Made by a program: the position numbers and the translations under genes
The notes under the pieces: generated by a model
Database searches by the model: none
The model's input: only the letters and a program-made list of their open reading frames with translations
What the model was told of the DNA's origin: nothing
In this document: piece after piece, positions 1 to 8,898 of the stretch
How the letters are laid out: each line of letters begins with the position of its first letter
Numbering within the stretch: the first letter of the stretch is position 1
IMG/VR virus record: IMGVR_UViG_2617271049_000009
Span: 1-40,392 of that record
Direction: 5' to 3' (one strand)
DNA length: 40,392 bases
Source: a virus
Taxonomy: Duplodnaviria > Heunggongvirae > Uroviricota > Caudoviricetes

Positions 1-468
1 TTATATTTTAACCATTAAGTTATCGAGTACTGATGAAGCTATTCTTTTTATATATCGATAAAGGCCTCTATCTGTCGACTTGGAAAAAGTCAAATAAATC
101 TCCTTCTTTGACTGGGTATCCAGTTTTTTATAGCTTTCGAGAAGAACTTTAATGAACACCTCATCATTAACGATGTTTTTCAACATATCCCTAGATTCTT
201 TTTTTTCATCAGAAGTCATTTCCTTTAAAGATTCAATTGCTATTCTTAACTTTAATTCATCTTCATCTATCCTTTTAATTGTCGCTTCCAAATCCCCTAT
301 GCTTTTATTGATAGATTCAAGCTCACTAAAGCTCTTTGCCATTTCAGTTGCAAGCTCTTCATTAGCCTTAACTTTTTTACGAGTATGCATGATAGATGTA
401 GCTAAGCCTACAATTGCCGCTAAAGAAGACACTATCAACCCAGCATACATAAATATAATATCCTCCAT
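1..468 (-). CDS. hypothetical protein, N-terminal transmembrane helix followed by a long charged coiled-coil-like region (155 aa); second gene of an AT-rich two-gene operon
   Basis: Complete ORF with ATG at 468..466 and stop at 3..1; start overlaps the upstream stop as TAATG (translational coupling); hydrophobic residues ~5-27 then E/K-rich heptad-like sequence; very low GC versus the phage structural genes. Confidence 0.55.
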   Translation of the reverse strand: MEDIIFMYAGLIVSSLAAIVGLATSIMHTRKKVKANEELATEMAKSFSELESINKSIGDLEATIKRIDEDELKLRIAIESLKEMTSDEKKESRDMLKNIVNDEVFIKVLLESYKKLDTQSKKEIYLTFSKSTDRGLYRYIKRIASSVLDNLMVKI

Positions 469-905
469 TACATACCTCTCGTAAACTTAAAGGAGAAAAC
501 AGGCTCACATTCTACCACGTGTTTATTAAATCGTTCGAGAAGATGAAATATAAATATTACAGCCAGTAGTATCACCGTAACTACATAGTACCAGGTATAT
601 ATAATAACTTTTGGCTCACTAACTTTACCGTAAAGATAAGCGAGAATGAAACCACAAAAAATCCCTAAGCAAAAAATAGCTTTATCTCGAGAAGATACAC
701 CGATGGAAAAAGAGTATATTGATGCAGTAATTGTTAATGATTGTATTGAAGGGTGAGTTCCTGTGTTAATTGACTCAAAAAGTAATGGAAGCAACGGGAA
801 TATCATATAGAATATAATACTACCTGTAAAATCACTATATTCTTCACGCCAACCAATTGGCTTTCTGGGAAGTTTATTAGGAAACTCAGAGGTATCTCCA
901 CTCAT
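468..905 (-). CDS. hypothetical multi-pass membrane protein (145 aa from ATG at 905; the ORF extends to a GTG at 998, giving 176 aa)
   Basis: ORF with 3-4 hydrophobic segments; ATG at 905 preceded by GAGAG-like SD; stop overlaps start of the downstream gene; AT-rich. Confidence 0.5.
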   Translation of the reverse strand: MSGDTSEFPNKLPRKPIGWREEYSDFTGSIIFYMIFPLLPLLFESINTGTHPSIQSLTITASIYSFSIGVSSRDKAIFCLGIFCGFILAYLYGKVSEPKVIIYTWYYVVTVILLAVIFIFHLLERFNKHVVECEPVFSFKFTRGM

Positions 906-1196
906 TGTAATTTCTCTCTCAGTAATTTGTGCAACTTTTATCACTGTCAACCATGAGGTAGCAAGGATTTTGATGGCATATTTTAACAAAATATCCACTT
1001 AGAGGTATGAACTTCCGCTTCTGGCACACAGAGCTCTAGAGACAGTGGTGTAAAATCATGGAGAAGCGGTGGGATGAGGTGCTAATCTTTTCATGCAAAA
1101 AATACGTAAAATCAATAACGGCTGGACATCATTCAATACTCACACTATCGAAAGTCCACCATCCAGCCGCAGCAAGTTCTTGCATACGACGTGTCT

Positions 1197-1224
1197 GCGG
1201 GTTCAACTCCCGCCAGCTCCACCA
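1197..1224 (+). other. 28-nt fragment matching the 3' terminus of tmRNA (ssrA): T-arm, acceptor 3' strand and CCA; likely relic attachment-site copy
   Basis: Sequence GCGGGTTCAACTCCCGCCAGCTCCACCA read directly; matches the E. coli ssrA 3' end as I recall it; upstream sequence diverges, so not a complete tmRNA or tRNA. Confidence 0.5.
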
Positions 1225-1352
1225 ATCATGATTGGACGGTGCAGAACAACACCAATAAAAACAGGAAGTTAGCAGTCTCAGCAGGACACCGACCAGACGG
1301 TGAGGAGACAAAAAAGGATACGCAAAGGAGCCGCGGCTCCCAAGTGACATGA

Positions 1353-1383
1353 AAGCCCGCTGATGCGGGCTTTTTCGTTTTTA
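1353..1383 (+). terminator. Rho-independent terminator-like hairpin downstream of the ssrA-like fragment
   Basis: AGCCCGC-TGAT-GCGGGCT stem-loop followed by TTTTTCGTTTTT. Confidence 0.5.
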
Positions 1384-1768
1384 TTACCTGCGGCAACACG
1401 CTATCCCTCTTCGTGTTATGGGATGGAATTCCTTTTTACCTTCATTGGTACTTTCGGATACCAGATAACACCATTACCTATTTGACCAATGGCAGCGAAG
1501 CTGGTTTAAATAACCTCTCTAGCAAACAAGTACAACTAAGTTAAGTGGCCAAAAAAATCGCAATAAAACGTGCAATTACATTAACTAAGTAGGACGTTTT
1601 TAACACAAAAACATCGATTAAAAAACGCACTGTGACAAACACTGAAAAAACAAGCATCACACACATTTTTTATTCATGTTTATCAATATGTTAAAACATA
1701 ACCTTACTAATCTTGAATTCATCATCCGCTAATGTAGTTATATTATAAATAGCGCAGTGTGACACTCA

Positions 1769-3277
1769 ATGAAACCATCCATAGAACAACTTCTACATAT
1801 CTACGGGCCGATGTCCTCATCTGCCTTAAGAGAAAAACTGATAGCCAATGGCCTAACAGAAGTTAACGCCAGACAGCGAATCTCCCGCGTTGGAGGTGAT
1901 GTTCAACGTTTTACTCATTTTTCTTTGCCCAAAAATGAAGCATTTCTCTATCTGACAAAGGACTATAACTCTCGTCGATATTGGATTGCATTGCTTGAAA
2001 GTCATGTAAATGCAAGAACAGTCTATGCTCACACCTTTTTCGCTTTCCACCCTTATCAAGGGGCGATCCCGACATATCTTTTTAGCAAGGTTTCAGGGAG
2101 TCCGGACAAACTGAAGGGACACATTGCGTCAAGCCGTCTTGAAGCGCAATTGCTTAAAGGTTCAGTTCTGCGTAGGGAAGTTGATGTCGTTTTGGGGGAT
2201 TGTCTTGTTACTTACATAAATAATATTAACGGGGTAACGGATACCCAACATGTCCGAAACCAATTGCTGGTTGAAGATATTCTCATTAAAGGTGTAGCTG
2301 ACTGGATTAGACACAATGGCCTTGGCAGCTTTAATAAGGTCCAAGTCCGTAACTCTCAGAATATGCCTTCATTTAGCCATCACCATTGGGACATATGTGC
2401 TCCGTCATATATTATGCCTTTAGCAACAGTACAAAAAGGTGAAATGAGTAATGGCTTCATTGTTGCAGATGTCATATACAATGATTTAGATAGCAAAAGC
2501 ATCCAAACCTATCTCACGAAAGTACAGCGATGCAGAAATATGCGAAATACTCGCCCGTTTCTAGCTATGCTGATTGCAGAACGTTTTGATCCAGAAGCCT
2601 TTCGCCTTGCGAAACAAGCTGGTGTAATGGCTACAACAGTATCTAACCTACTTGGTCAAGACATTTCAGCACTACTGTCCAGTTTATTAAATACTCTTAA
2701 TCGTGCCGGTGCCATTGCGGCAGCAAACCCAGAAAAAATCAACGAACTATTTAAAGGACTTACGAGGATTGAAGGCGCCGCAATCAATATAAGAGGCGTA
2801 ATGTTTGAAATGTTAGTTGGTCACATCGTACTGAAAACCCAAAATGTCAGCACTGTTGACTTGAATAAACAAATCAGTACCGAGGCAGGTAAGGCTGAAA
2901 TAGATGTGATTGGTTTTAGAGGCGAAGCAGAAATTAAGTGCTACGAATGTAAAGGCTATGAAGTTAAGCGACTAATTTCAGTCGAAATGATCGAAAAGTG
3001 GCTCGAACGAGTTCAACGCATCAGAAAATTCTACAGTCAGATTCATGTGTACCGTGACCGAAAAATGACTTTTTCATTCTGGACCTCATCAGATTTTGAA
3101 CCTGAAGCACTTGAGCTGCTGCTTCATCAGAAGCAAAGAAATACAAAAATATCATTAGACTGGAAAAATGGACGTGACATTCTTTCCATTGTTAAGGAAG
3201 ACAATCTGAAATCAATTGCAGATGTTCTTCAGGAACATTATCTTCGACACCCACTGGCTCCTGATGCAGATATGTAA
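1769..3277 (+). CDS. hypothetical 502-aa protein; predicted N-terminal winged-helix-like region and C-terminal PD-(D/E)xK-like nuclease motif; candidate defence or restriction-type cargo gene
   Basis: Long uninterrupted ORF with ATG start, convergent with the invertase gene; C-terminal segment AEIDVIGFRGEAEIKCYECKGYE fits the hhhD-x(n)-(E/D)xK pattern; lower GC than phage core genes; sits where e14 carries mcrA. Confidence 0.7.
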   Translation: MKPSIEQLLHIYGPMSSSALREKLIANGLTEVNARQRISRVGGDVQRFTHFSLPKNEAFLYLTKDYNSRRYWIALLESHVNARTVYAHTFFAFHPYQGAIPTYLFSKVSGSPDKLKGHIASSRLEAQLLKGSVLRREVDVVLGDCLVTYINNINGVTDTQHVRNQLLVEDILIKGVADWIRHNGLGSFNKVQVRNSQNMPSFSHHHWDICAPSYIMPLATVQKGEMSNGFIVADVIYNDLDSKSIQTYLTKVQRCRNMRNTRPFLAMLIAERFDPEAFRLAKQAGVMATTVSNLLGQDISALLSSLLNTLNRAGAIAAANPEKINELFKGLTRIEGAAINIRGVMFEMLVGHIVLKTQNVSTVDLNKQISTEAGKAEIDVIGFRGEAEIKCYECKGYEVKRLISVEMIEKWLERVQRIRKFYSQIHVYRDRKMTFSFWTSSDFEPEALELLLHQKQRNTKISLDWKNGRDILSIVKEDNLKSIADVLQEHYLRHPLAPDADM

Positions 3278-3505
3278 TGTGGATAAGCCTAAGGTTTATT
3301 TAGCTGCCTTTGATGCTGTCTATTACCGAATTGTGATGGTCTGCCCAGTACAAAAATATCATTCTGGGCGAATTGATTTAGAGGGTTCACCGGCTCTAAG
3401 AGGCCGATATGTGGCTAGTGTCTGAGTTCCCAACAGCTCGACAGTTTGGGCTGTAAAGTTGTGCTGTCTGCCAGCATCAATCTTTACCGGTGGCCTGCAT
3501 CATGT

Positions 3506-4060
3506 CTAATCCCTGCCTACAGGAAATTTTCGGTATAGTGTTGACACTCCTACATCATAAATTAATGCTACGCGCTGACGCGTTTCTCCTGCAGCGATTA
3601 GTCTCCCTGCCTGCGCCCACTGCTCATCTGTTAGTTTTGGCTTACGTCCACCAATTCGTCCCTGTGCGCGAGCAGCTTCCAGTCCAGCTTTTGTTCGTTC
3701 AACAATCAGTTCACGCTCCATTTCAGCCAGGGCACCCATCACATGAAAGAAAAAGCGCCCCATTGGGGTACTAGTATCAATTGAATCCGTCAGACTACGA
3801 AAGTTGATGCCTCGTTCGCGCAACTCCTCAACCAGAATGACCAGATGCCGCATACTACGCCCCAGCCGATCCAGCTTCCAGACAACCAGAGTGTCACCTG
3901 CCGATAATGTCCTGAGCAGTTTTTTCAGTCCAGGCCTTTCGGACTTTGTACCGCTTATCTTGTCTTCAAAAATCAGCTCGCATCCTGCACAGTTCAGCGC
4001 ATTACGTTGTAGATCTGTGTTCTGGTCATTTGTTGACACACGTACATAGCCAATAAGCAT
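3506..4060 (-). CDS. pin: site-specific DNA invertase, serine recombinase of the Pin/Gin/Hin/Cin family (184 aa from MLIGYVRVSTNDQ)
   Basis: N-terminus MLIGYVRVSTNDQ with catalytic-serine context, resolvase-type domain and C-terminal HTH (YDVGVSTLYRKFP); adjacent to inverted repeats inside a tail-fibre gene. Confidence 0.9.
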   Translation of the reverse strand: MLIGYVRVSTNDQNTDLQRNALNCAGCELIFEDKISGTKSERPGLKKLLRTLSAGDTLVVWKLDRLGRSMRHLVILVEELRERGINFRSLTDSIDTSTPMGRFFFHVMGALAEMERELIVERTKAGLEAARAQGRIGGRKPKLTDEQWAQAGRLIAAGETRQRVALIYDVGVSTLYRKFPVGRD

Positions 4061-4086
4061 GGTAGATCTCCCTAGCAAAAGCAGGA

Positions 4087-4587
4087 ATGATGCCATTTGC
4101 TCGTTATTTCTGCATTTTCATAAACGTTGGTTTGGGAGAAGGTTCGGCATTACCCGTTGGTGTGCCTGTTCCGTGGCCTTCAGCCACTCCGCCAACAGGA
4201 TGGCTGAAATGCAATGGTGCGGCTTTTTCTGCTGAAGAATACCCGGAACTGGCAAAGGCTTACCCGACAAATAAATTGCCTGATTTACGCGGTGAGTTTA
4301 TTCGTGGCTGGGATGACGGTCGTTCAGTAGATACTGGTCGCAGCGTTATGTCTGCACAGAGCGCGCGTGTTGGTTATATTAAATTTGATATGGGAATTTA
4401 TGGTATTCCTGCAGGTACGGGCTCACTTATTTTGTCCAATGATATCTTAATTACGGGTCATGACAGTAATGGCTCAAGCCTATTGCTGAACAACTCTAAT
4501 GAGCGGGCAATTGGTGAAATGTATGTCGTTCCTGCCGATACTCGCCCACGGAATATCGCATTTAACTATATCGTGAGGGCTGCATAA
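4087..4587 (+). CDS. alternative tail-fibre C-terminal variable segment (166 aa), silent in the present orientation; e14 StfE-like
   Basis: ORF begins inside the inverted repeat with the same peptide (MPFARYFCIFINVGL) as the minus-strand copy; stop overlaps start of the downstream assembly gene (TAATG); same length as e14 StfE as I recall it. Confidence 0.65.
   Translation: MMPFARYFCIFINVGLGEGSALPVGVPVPWPSATPPTGWLKCNGAAFSAEEYPELAKAYPTNKLPDLRGEFIRGWDDGRSVDTGRSVMSAQSARVGYIKFDMGIYGIPAGTGSLILSNDILITGHDSNGSSLLLNNSNERAIGEMYVVPADTRPRNIAFNYIVRAA
4089..4145. repeat. left inverted repeat of the invertible tail-fibre segment (contains the putative crossover site near 4115..4140)
   Basis: ~57 bp identical except one mismatch to the reverse complement of 5959..6015; contains a TTTTCATAAACGTTGGTTTGGGAGAA element resembling hix/gix-type sites. 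Confidence 0.75.
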
Positions 4588-5199
4588 TGGATAACGCTGT
4601 ATTAAATAGCGAGTTTATTGCTACAAAGGCGGGAAATATTACCGTCTATAACTATGATGGCGAAACGCGGGAATATATTTCCACTTCAAATGAATATCTT
4701 GCCATTGGTGTCGGTATCCCTGCATATTCCTGTTTAGACGCTCCTGGTACATATAAGGCTGGTTATACAATTTGCCGTTCTGTGGATTTAAAATCATGGG
4801 AATATGTGTCAGACCATCGCGGTGAAATCGTCTATAACACCGAAACGGGAGACGCCAAAGAAATCACAGCTCCGGGTGATTATCCAGAAAATACAACCAC
4901 TATCGCCCCATTAACGCCATACGATAAATGGGATGGTGAGAAATGGGTGACCGATACTGAGGCACNNNNNNNNNNGCGCTGCAGTAGACGCGGCAGAAGC
5001 ACAGCGTCAGTCACTGATTGATACTGCAATGGCTTCCATTAGTCTGATTCAGCTGAAATTACAGGCCGGACGGAATTTGACGCAGTCAGAAACCAGCCGA
5101 CTTAACACGGTGTTGGATTACATTGACGCGGTGACGGCAACAGATACCAGCACCGCGCCGGATGTTATCTGGCCTGAACTGCCGGAGACTGCGCAATAA
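4587..5199 (+). CDS. tail fibre assembly protein (Tfa), interrupted by a 10-N gap at 4966..4975
   Basis: N-terminal part ends at the gap; after the gap a different frame gives the conserved Tfa C-terminus (...DYIDAVTATDTSTAPDVIWPELPETAQ) ending at TAA 5197..5199. Confidence 0.7.
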
Positions 5200-5334
5200 A
5201 CTCACCATCAATATATAAATCCCCCTGCTGTGTGTCAGCAGGGCATTCTTTCCATATTAATGATGGATGGAATCTTCCTTCAGGATTAATTTCCGTTATC
5301 TCTTCTACTTTATTTTCTTCAATTCTTGCCCACA
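5165..5334 (-). CDS. short tail-fibre-assembly-like ORF (56 aa) downstream of the active variable segment; possibly truncated
   Basis: ATG at 5334 with GAGGT SD, 9 nt after the stop of the upstream tail-fibre segment; lacks the conserved Tfa C-terminus and overlaps the 3' end of the plus-strand tfa. Confidence 0.35.
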
Positions 5335-5342
5335 TATGAACC

Positions 5343-6014
5343 TCACCAGTAAATATAAACTGCTCCATCTGCTCCGGCACCCGACTGACCCGTTGATGAA
5401 TTAGGACATAATCCAGCACCGCCACCTCCAGGCCCAACTGCTGATACCGCTTTTCCGTTAGCTGTATCTCTGAATGAACCTGCTCCTCCGGGGCCACCAC
5501 CAGAACCACCATTACCAGCTCCCGATGCGGCAGAAGCAATGGAACCTGGAGAACCTGGCCCAAGCGATGTATTAATTGTTCCCCCGACACCAACTGCGCC
5601 TAACCCTCCGGAAGGCTGGCCTCCGCTATAGCCTCCGGAAGCTGACATGTAAGTCCCGAAACTGCTCGAGCCACCATTTTTACCGTTTACAGAAATACCA
5701 GACACAGGTGCACCACCGGCACCAACCGTAATCGAAACACTGTTTATACCAGTTAAATCTACCAGCCCCTCAGCAACTCCGCCCCCACCACCTCCTCCGC
5801 CACATGTAACGGCTGAAGCGGTTGTTGAACCTATCCCTCCTGACGCACCGCCACCAATAACTTTGACGTAACATTTTCTTCCTTTGCGCAACTCTTCAGG
5901 AACAGTCCAGCTTGTTACTCCAGCCGTTGTGAAGGCAACCAGATTTCTGAACCCAAATGAACCTTCTCTCAAACCAACGTTTATGAAAATGCAGAAATAA
6001 CGAGCAAATGGCAT
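5343..6014 (-). CDS. tail-fibre C-terminal variable segment, glycine-rich (223 aa), currently joined to the constant part
   Basis: Only open frame through the right inverted repeat on the minus strand; Gly/Ser-rich low-complexity body typical of fibre tips; contiguous with the constant N-terminal part across the gap. Confidence 0.6.
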   Translation of the reverse strand: MPFARYFCIFINVGLREGSFGFRNLVAFTTAGVTSWTVPEELRKGRKCYVKVIGGGASGGIGSTTASAVTCGGGGGGGGVAEGLVDLTGINSVSITVGAGGAPVSGISVNGKNGGSSSFGTYMSASGGYSGGQPSGGLGAVGVGGTINTSLGPGSPGSIASAASGAGNGGSGGGPGGAGSFRDTANGKAVSAVGPGGGGAGLCPNSSTGQSGAGADGAVYIYW

Positions 6015-6015
6015 C
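5959..6015. repeat. right inverted repeat of the invertible tail-fibre segment, directly abutting an N gap
   Basis: Reverse complement matches 4089..4145; lies at the junction between the constant and variable parts of the minus-strand tail-fibre gene. Confidence 0.75.
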
Positions 6016-6025
6016 NNNNNNNNNN

Positions 6026-6301
6026 TGTTTTCACCGTGCCATCCGATTTGATATCGCCAAACGGATTCTTGCGGCTTAACAGCAGCGCACGAAGCGCGGT
6101 AAGCAGCTGGTCATGCCGCCCCTTCTCCAGGCTGGCACCGGATGCCTCCACAACGCTGCAAAGCTCCTCCTGCAACATGTCAAAGTAGTCATCATCCAGA
6201 TCGGTGGCAGGCGTGCCGGTCTGGGGGTTACCACGGGTAAAACCGTTCTTACCCGCGCCGAACTTATCCTTCTGCGCGGTTTTCGTGTCTATACGATGCA
6301 T
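6026..6301 (-). CDS. tail-fibre protein, constant N-terminal part (3' portion lost in N gap 6016..6025)
   Basis: ATG at 6301 four nt after the stop of the upstream baseplate gene; N-terminus [46 protein letters not shown] typical of fibre N-termini. Confidence 0.6.
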
Positions 6302-6304
6302 GGA

Positions 6305-6889
6305 TTACTCCGGATATTTAAAAATCACATAGGTATGCGACGGGCAGAGTTTGTTAAGAACACACTCGACAACGGTGTCCCCCCAGAAGCGCAGCGCGGA
6401 ATCACAGGGATCGCCACATGTCATCCAGGTGGTGTTGGTGGCGGCTGGCATGTTGACCTGCCAGTAATACCGCCATTCAGGCGCATTCACCGCGTCAGTA
6501 CAGGCCGATGAGCAGGTGAACGTGCTTTTGTCGTATCGCGTGATGTTGGCATCCGGTCTGCCCAGGGCAGCAAGCTGTGCAAGATAAAAATTCTCGTTGA
6601 TGCCGCCCGCCAGGTTAACCTTCGCATCCAGCCGTTGCTGACGCTGGCGAAGGGTCTGTGTCCCTGTAGGAATACATTCATCCGGCAGGCCGCACAGACG
6701 CTCCCAGCGATTTATCAGTTCGGTGGTGGTGCGCGGATCCAGCTCCCGCATCAGGGCATCCGCACGCTGATGAACGCGGGTTAATGACGGTGCCGCACCG
6801 GCAATCGCCGGATCGCTGGCTGACCACGCCGGACCGGGCGGCAACAGTGCTGACAACAGACGGATGTAATCATCGTTTGTCACGTCCAT
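6305..6889 (-). CDS. baseplate or tail protein (e14 YmfQ-like, 194 aa)
   Basis: Size and position next to the fibre gene; overlapping start/stop with the neighbouring baseplate gene. Confidence 0.6.
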   Translation of the reverse strand: MDVTNDDYIRLLSALLPPGPAWSASDPAIAGAAPSLTRVHQRADALMRELDPRTTTELINRWERLCGLPDECIPTGTQTLRQRQQRLDAKVNLAGGINENFYLAQLAALGRPDANITRYDKSTFTCSSACTDAVNAPEWRYYWQVNMPAATNTTWMTCGDPCDSALRFWGDTVVECVLNKLCPSHTYVIFKYPE

Positions 6890-7938
6890 GAAATCGCCCC
6901 CAGAACCGCCAGTTCATTTTTCGCAATGGTGATATTGTCCGCCGGTGCAAGCAACTGATGGCTGTATTCCCCGTTCGCACCGGAAATCGCTTCACTGATA
7001 CGTGACACCTTCAGTTCTCCCTGCGGATAACCATCACGCAGCAGGAACGAACGCAACTCCGCGGTGATGGCAGCCCGTATTTCCGGTGTGTCCGGCGTCA
7101 CACGGATATGAAAATCCACCGTATGTGCCACCGGCCTGAACACATACAAATCAGAGCCTGCCACCGGGGCCAGTGGCCCGATATGTTGTCTTGCCGCCGT
7201 TTCCGTTGATTCTTCCGGAATGGGATTAATCAGGTCACTGCTGGCAATCATCACACCGACAGTTCCCGTTCCCATCCAGTGACGGTATGTCCATGCGCGG
7301 GTAATGCCGGGTACTTCTTTAGCCCAGACGACATAGTCCCCGTCAGCCCCGCCCTGCGGCGTCCAGTAATACCGCTCAATGACGCGGGCGCGCCACGTTT
7401 CCAGATCTTCAGTATCAAATCCGCCTGTCAGAGTGTCAGCCACACCGGAAGACGGCAGACCATTCACCGGCGTGACCAGGATTAATGCCGTACCGTCGTC
7501 AGCGTTACCGACCGCGCCTGCACTTGAGCAGGCGATCGGCACGCGCAGGACACCACCGGAGCTGGTTGCATCGGCAGTTGCCGTGTACTGAACCAGGTCA
7601 TCGCGCTGAATCACGCTCCCGGCGGTCACTTTCAGGCCATCGCTGACACCTTCCCAGCGCATATACCCGCTGGCAGCCGTGGCCCCCTTGCGCGGACACC
7701 GTTTCATCGCAGCATGTCGCGCCAGCCAGGACTCATCGCACAGGTCAGGCAGCATGTTCATTGCCAGATAATCGATGTACCCGTAAACCGTATGCAGCGC
7801 CGCCGCATACACCTTTGCCCGCACGTCTTCATCCATGCGCCGGAGCGTGTCGCTGACGTCCAGCCTGGCGAATAAATCGTTACGGAGCATACTGATATTT
7901 TCTGCCAGCGTCGGGCGCTGAAATTCACTGTCCGCCAT
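6880..7938 (-). CDS. baseplate J-like protein (352 aa)
   Basis: Position and size in the baseplate cluster; ATG start; coupled overlaps with flanking genes. Confidence 0.65.
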   Translation of the reverse strand: MADSEFQRPTLAENISMLRNDLFARLDVSDTLRRMDEDVRAKVYAAALHTVYGYIDYLAMNMLPDLCDESWLARHAAMKRCPRKGATAASGYMRWEGVSDGLKVTAGSVIQRDDLVQYTATADATSSGGVLRVPIACSSAGAVGNADDGTALILVTPVNGLPSSGVADTLTGGFDTEDLETWRARVIERYYWTPQGGADGDYVVWAKEVPGITRAWTYRHWMGTGTVGVMIASSDLINPIPEESTETAARQHIGPLAPVAGSDLYVFRPVAHTVDFHIRVTPDTPEIRAAITAELRSFLLRDGYPQGELKVSRISEAISGANGEYSHQLLAPADNITIAKNELAVLGAISWT

Positions 7939-8353
7939 GCGTTATCGCACTCCACAGATCATCAAAAGAAATCATTACCGGTCCGTCACGACGCCAGAGA
8001 GTGATACTGTTACCCAGTTCATTAATCCCGGTGCGGCGGATATCCAGATCAATACGGGACACCACGCCGTCATCAATCATCCATTGCAGGCATTCGCGGA
8101 TATACCCCCTTACCGTCAGCACCAGCTGATTGGTCAGTTTGCTGCGCTGAAGCAGCCACAGTCGGGAGCCGTAACGGTCATTCTGTACCGCAGGCCAGGT
8201 ATCCCCCCACCATCCCATCGGGACGTCGGCATTGTCATCAGGCTCCGCCCGCCGCCAGGTGAACAGGGAAATCACCACGGCGCGGGTCAGCGGATCCAGC
8301 GGTGCGCTGGCGCAGGTGCGTTTACCGTTCACCGTCAGCCACAGTTCCATCAT
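7925..8353 (-). CDS. baseplate protein (Mu gp46-like, 142 aa)
   Basis: Position between the V-like and J-like genes; overlapping start/stop. Confidence 0.55.
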   Translation of the reverse strand: MMELWLTVNGKRTCASAPLDPLTRAVVISLFTWRRAEPDDNADVPMGWWGDTWPAVQNDRYGSRLWLLQRSKLTNQLVLTVRGYIRECLQWMIDDGVVSRIDLDIRRTGINELGNSITLWRRDGPVMISFDDLWSAITHGGQ

Positions 8354-8898
8354 GCCTCCATCGCTTTATCAGGTTTGTCGGTGTTACTGCCCTGACCGTT
8401 CTCTCTGTGACGATGCCCGTTATAGGCAAGCCGCATCGCTGACATGGTGGTGCCGCCGGAGTCGCACAGGTCTTTCACCTGTCCGGTCACTTCCAGATCC
8501 ATTTCAAAACGTGCTTCAGGTGCATTGCGAAACGTGATCGTTTTCCCTGCACCGTCCACCACGATCCCCTCCCGGGTCAGCGTCACAGACTGCCCCTGAT
8601 CGTCATAGACAGCCACCTCACCCGTCTGCAGCCCTTTTAGGCGGTAGCGTCGGTCCGACACCGTAACAACCACCGCATGAGAACGGTCGCCATCCGGAAA
8701 CAACACCACCGCTTCCGCACCGCTGTTTGCCCTTGCGGTAAAACCGTAGGGTTCAAGATGTTCAACCCCAGCTTTGGGTTCACCGGCAATCAGGGACACA
8801 TCCACGGTCTGACATTTCGTGGCGGCACTGATGCTTTTCACCACGGCCCGCCCAATCAGGCCGAGAAGTTGTCGCTGCATGGCTTCAATCGTCCTCAT
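8350..8898 (-). CDS. baseplate assembly protein V-like spike (182 aa)
   Basis: Size and position in the baseplate cluster; ATG start. Confidence 0.6.
   Translation of the reverse strand: MRTIEAMQRQLLGLIGRAVVKSISAATKCQTVDVSLIAGEPKAGVEHLEPYGFTARANSGAEAVVLFPDGDRSHAVVVTVSDRRYRLKGLQTGEVAVYDDQGQSVTLTREGIVVDGAGKTITFRNAPEARFEMDLEVTGQVKDLCDSGGTTMSAMRLAYNGHRHRENGQGSNTDKPDKAMEA

Noticed and set aside
1129-1350. 73-aa minus-strand ORF overlapping the ssrA-like fragment
   Set aside because: It lies antisense across a tmRNA-derived sequence and terminator, has no RBS and a Trp/Cys/Arg-rich composition typical of spurious frames.
3216-3425. 69-aa plus-strand ORF in the interval between the 502-aa gene and pin
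   Set aside because: It overlaps the 3' end of the 502-aa gene in another frame, has no RBS and a non-protein-like composition.
3278-3505. A thrW-derived att copy near GAGGCCGATATGTGGC between the 502-aa gene and pin
   Set aside because: Only ~8 nt resemble the tRNA 5' end, whereas the att core should be the tRNA 3' end; no match to TGGTGCCGATAATAGGAG was found, so no att site is called here.
5343-6014. Glycine-rich ORF as a low-complexity artefact
   Set aside because: It is the only open frame continuing from the fibre constant part through the inverted repeat and ends 9 nt before a Tfa-like ORF with a good SD, so it is retained as the fibre tip rather than discarded.
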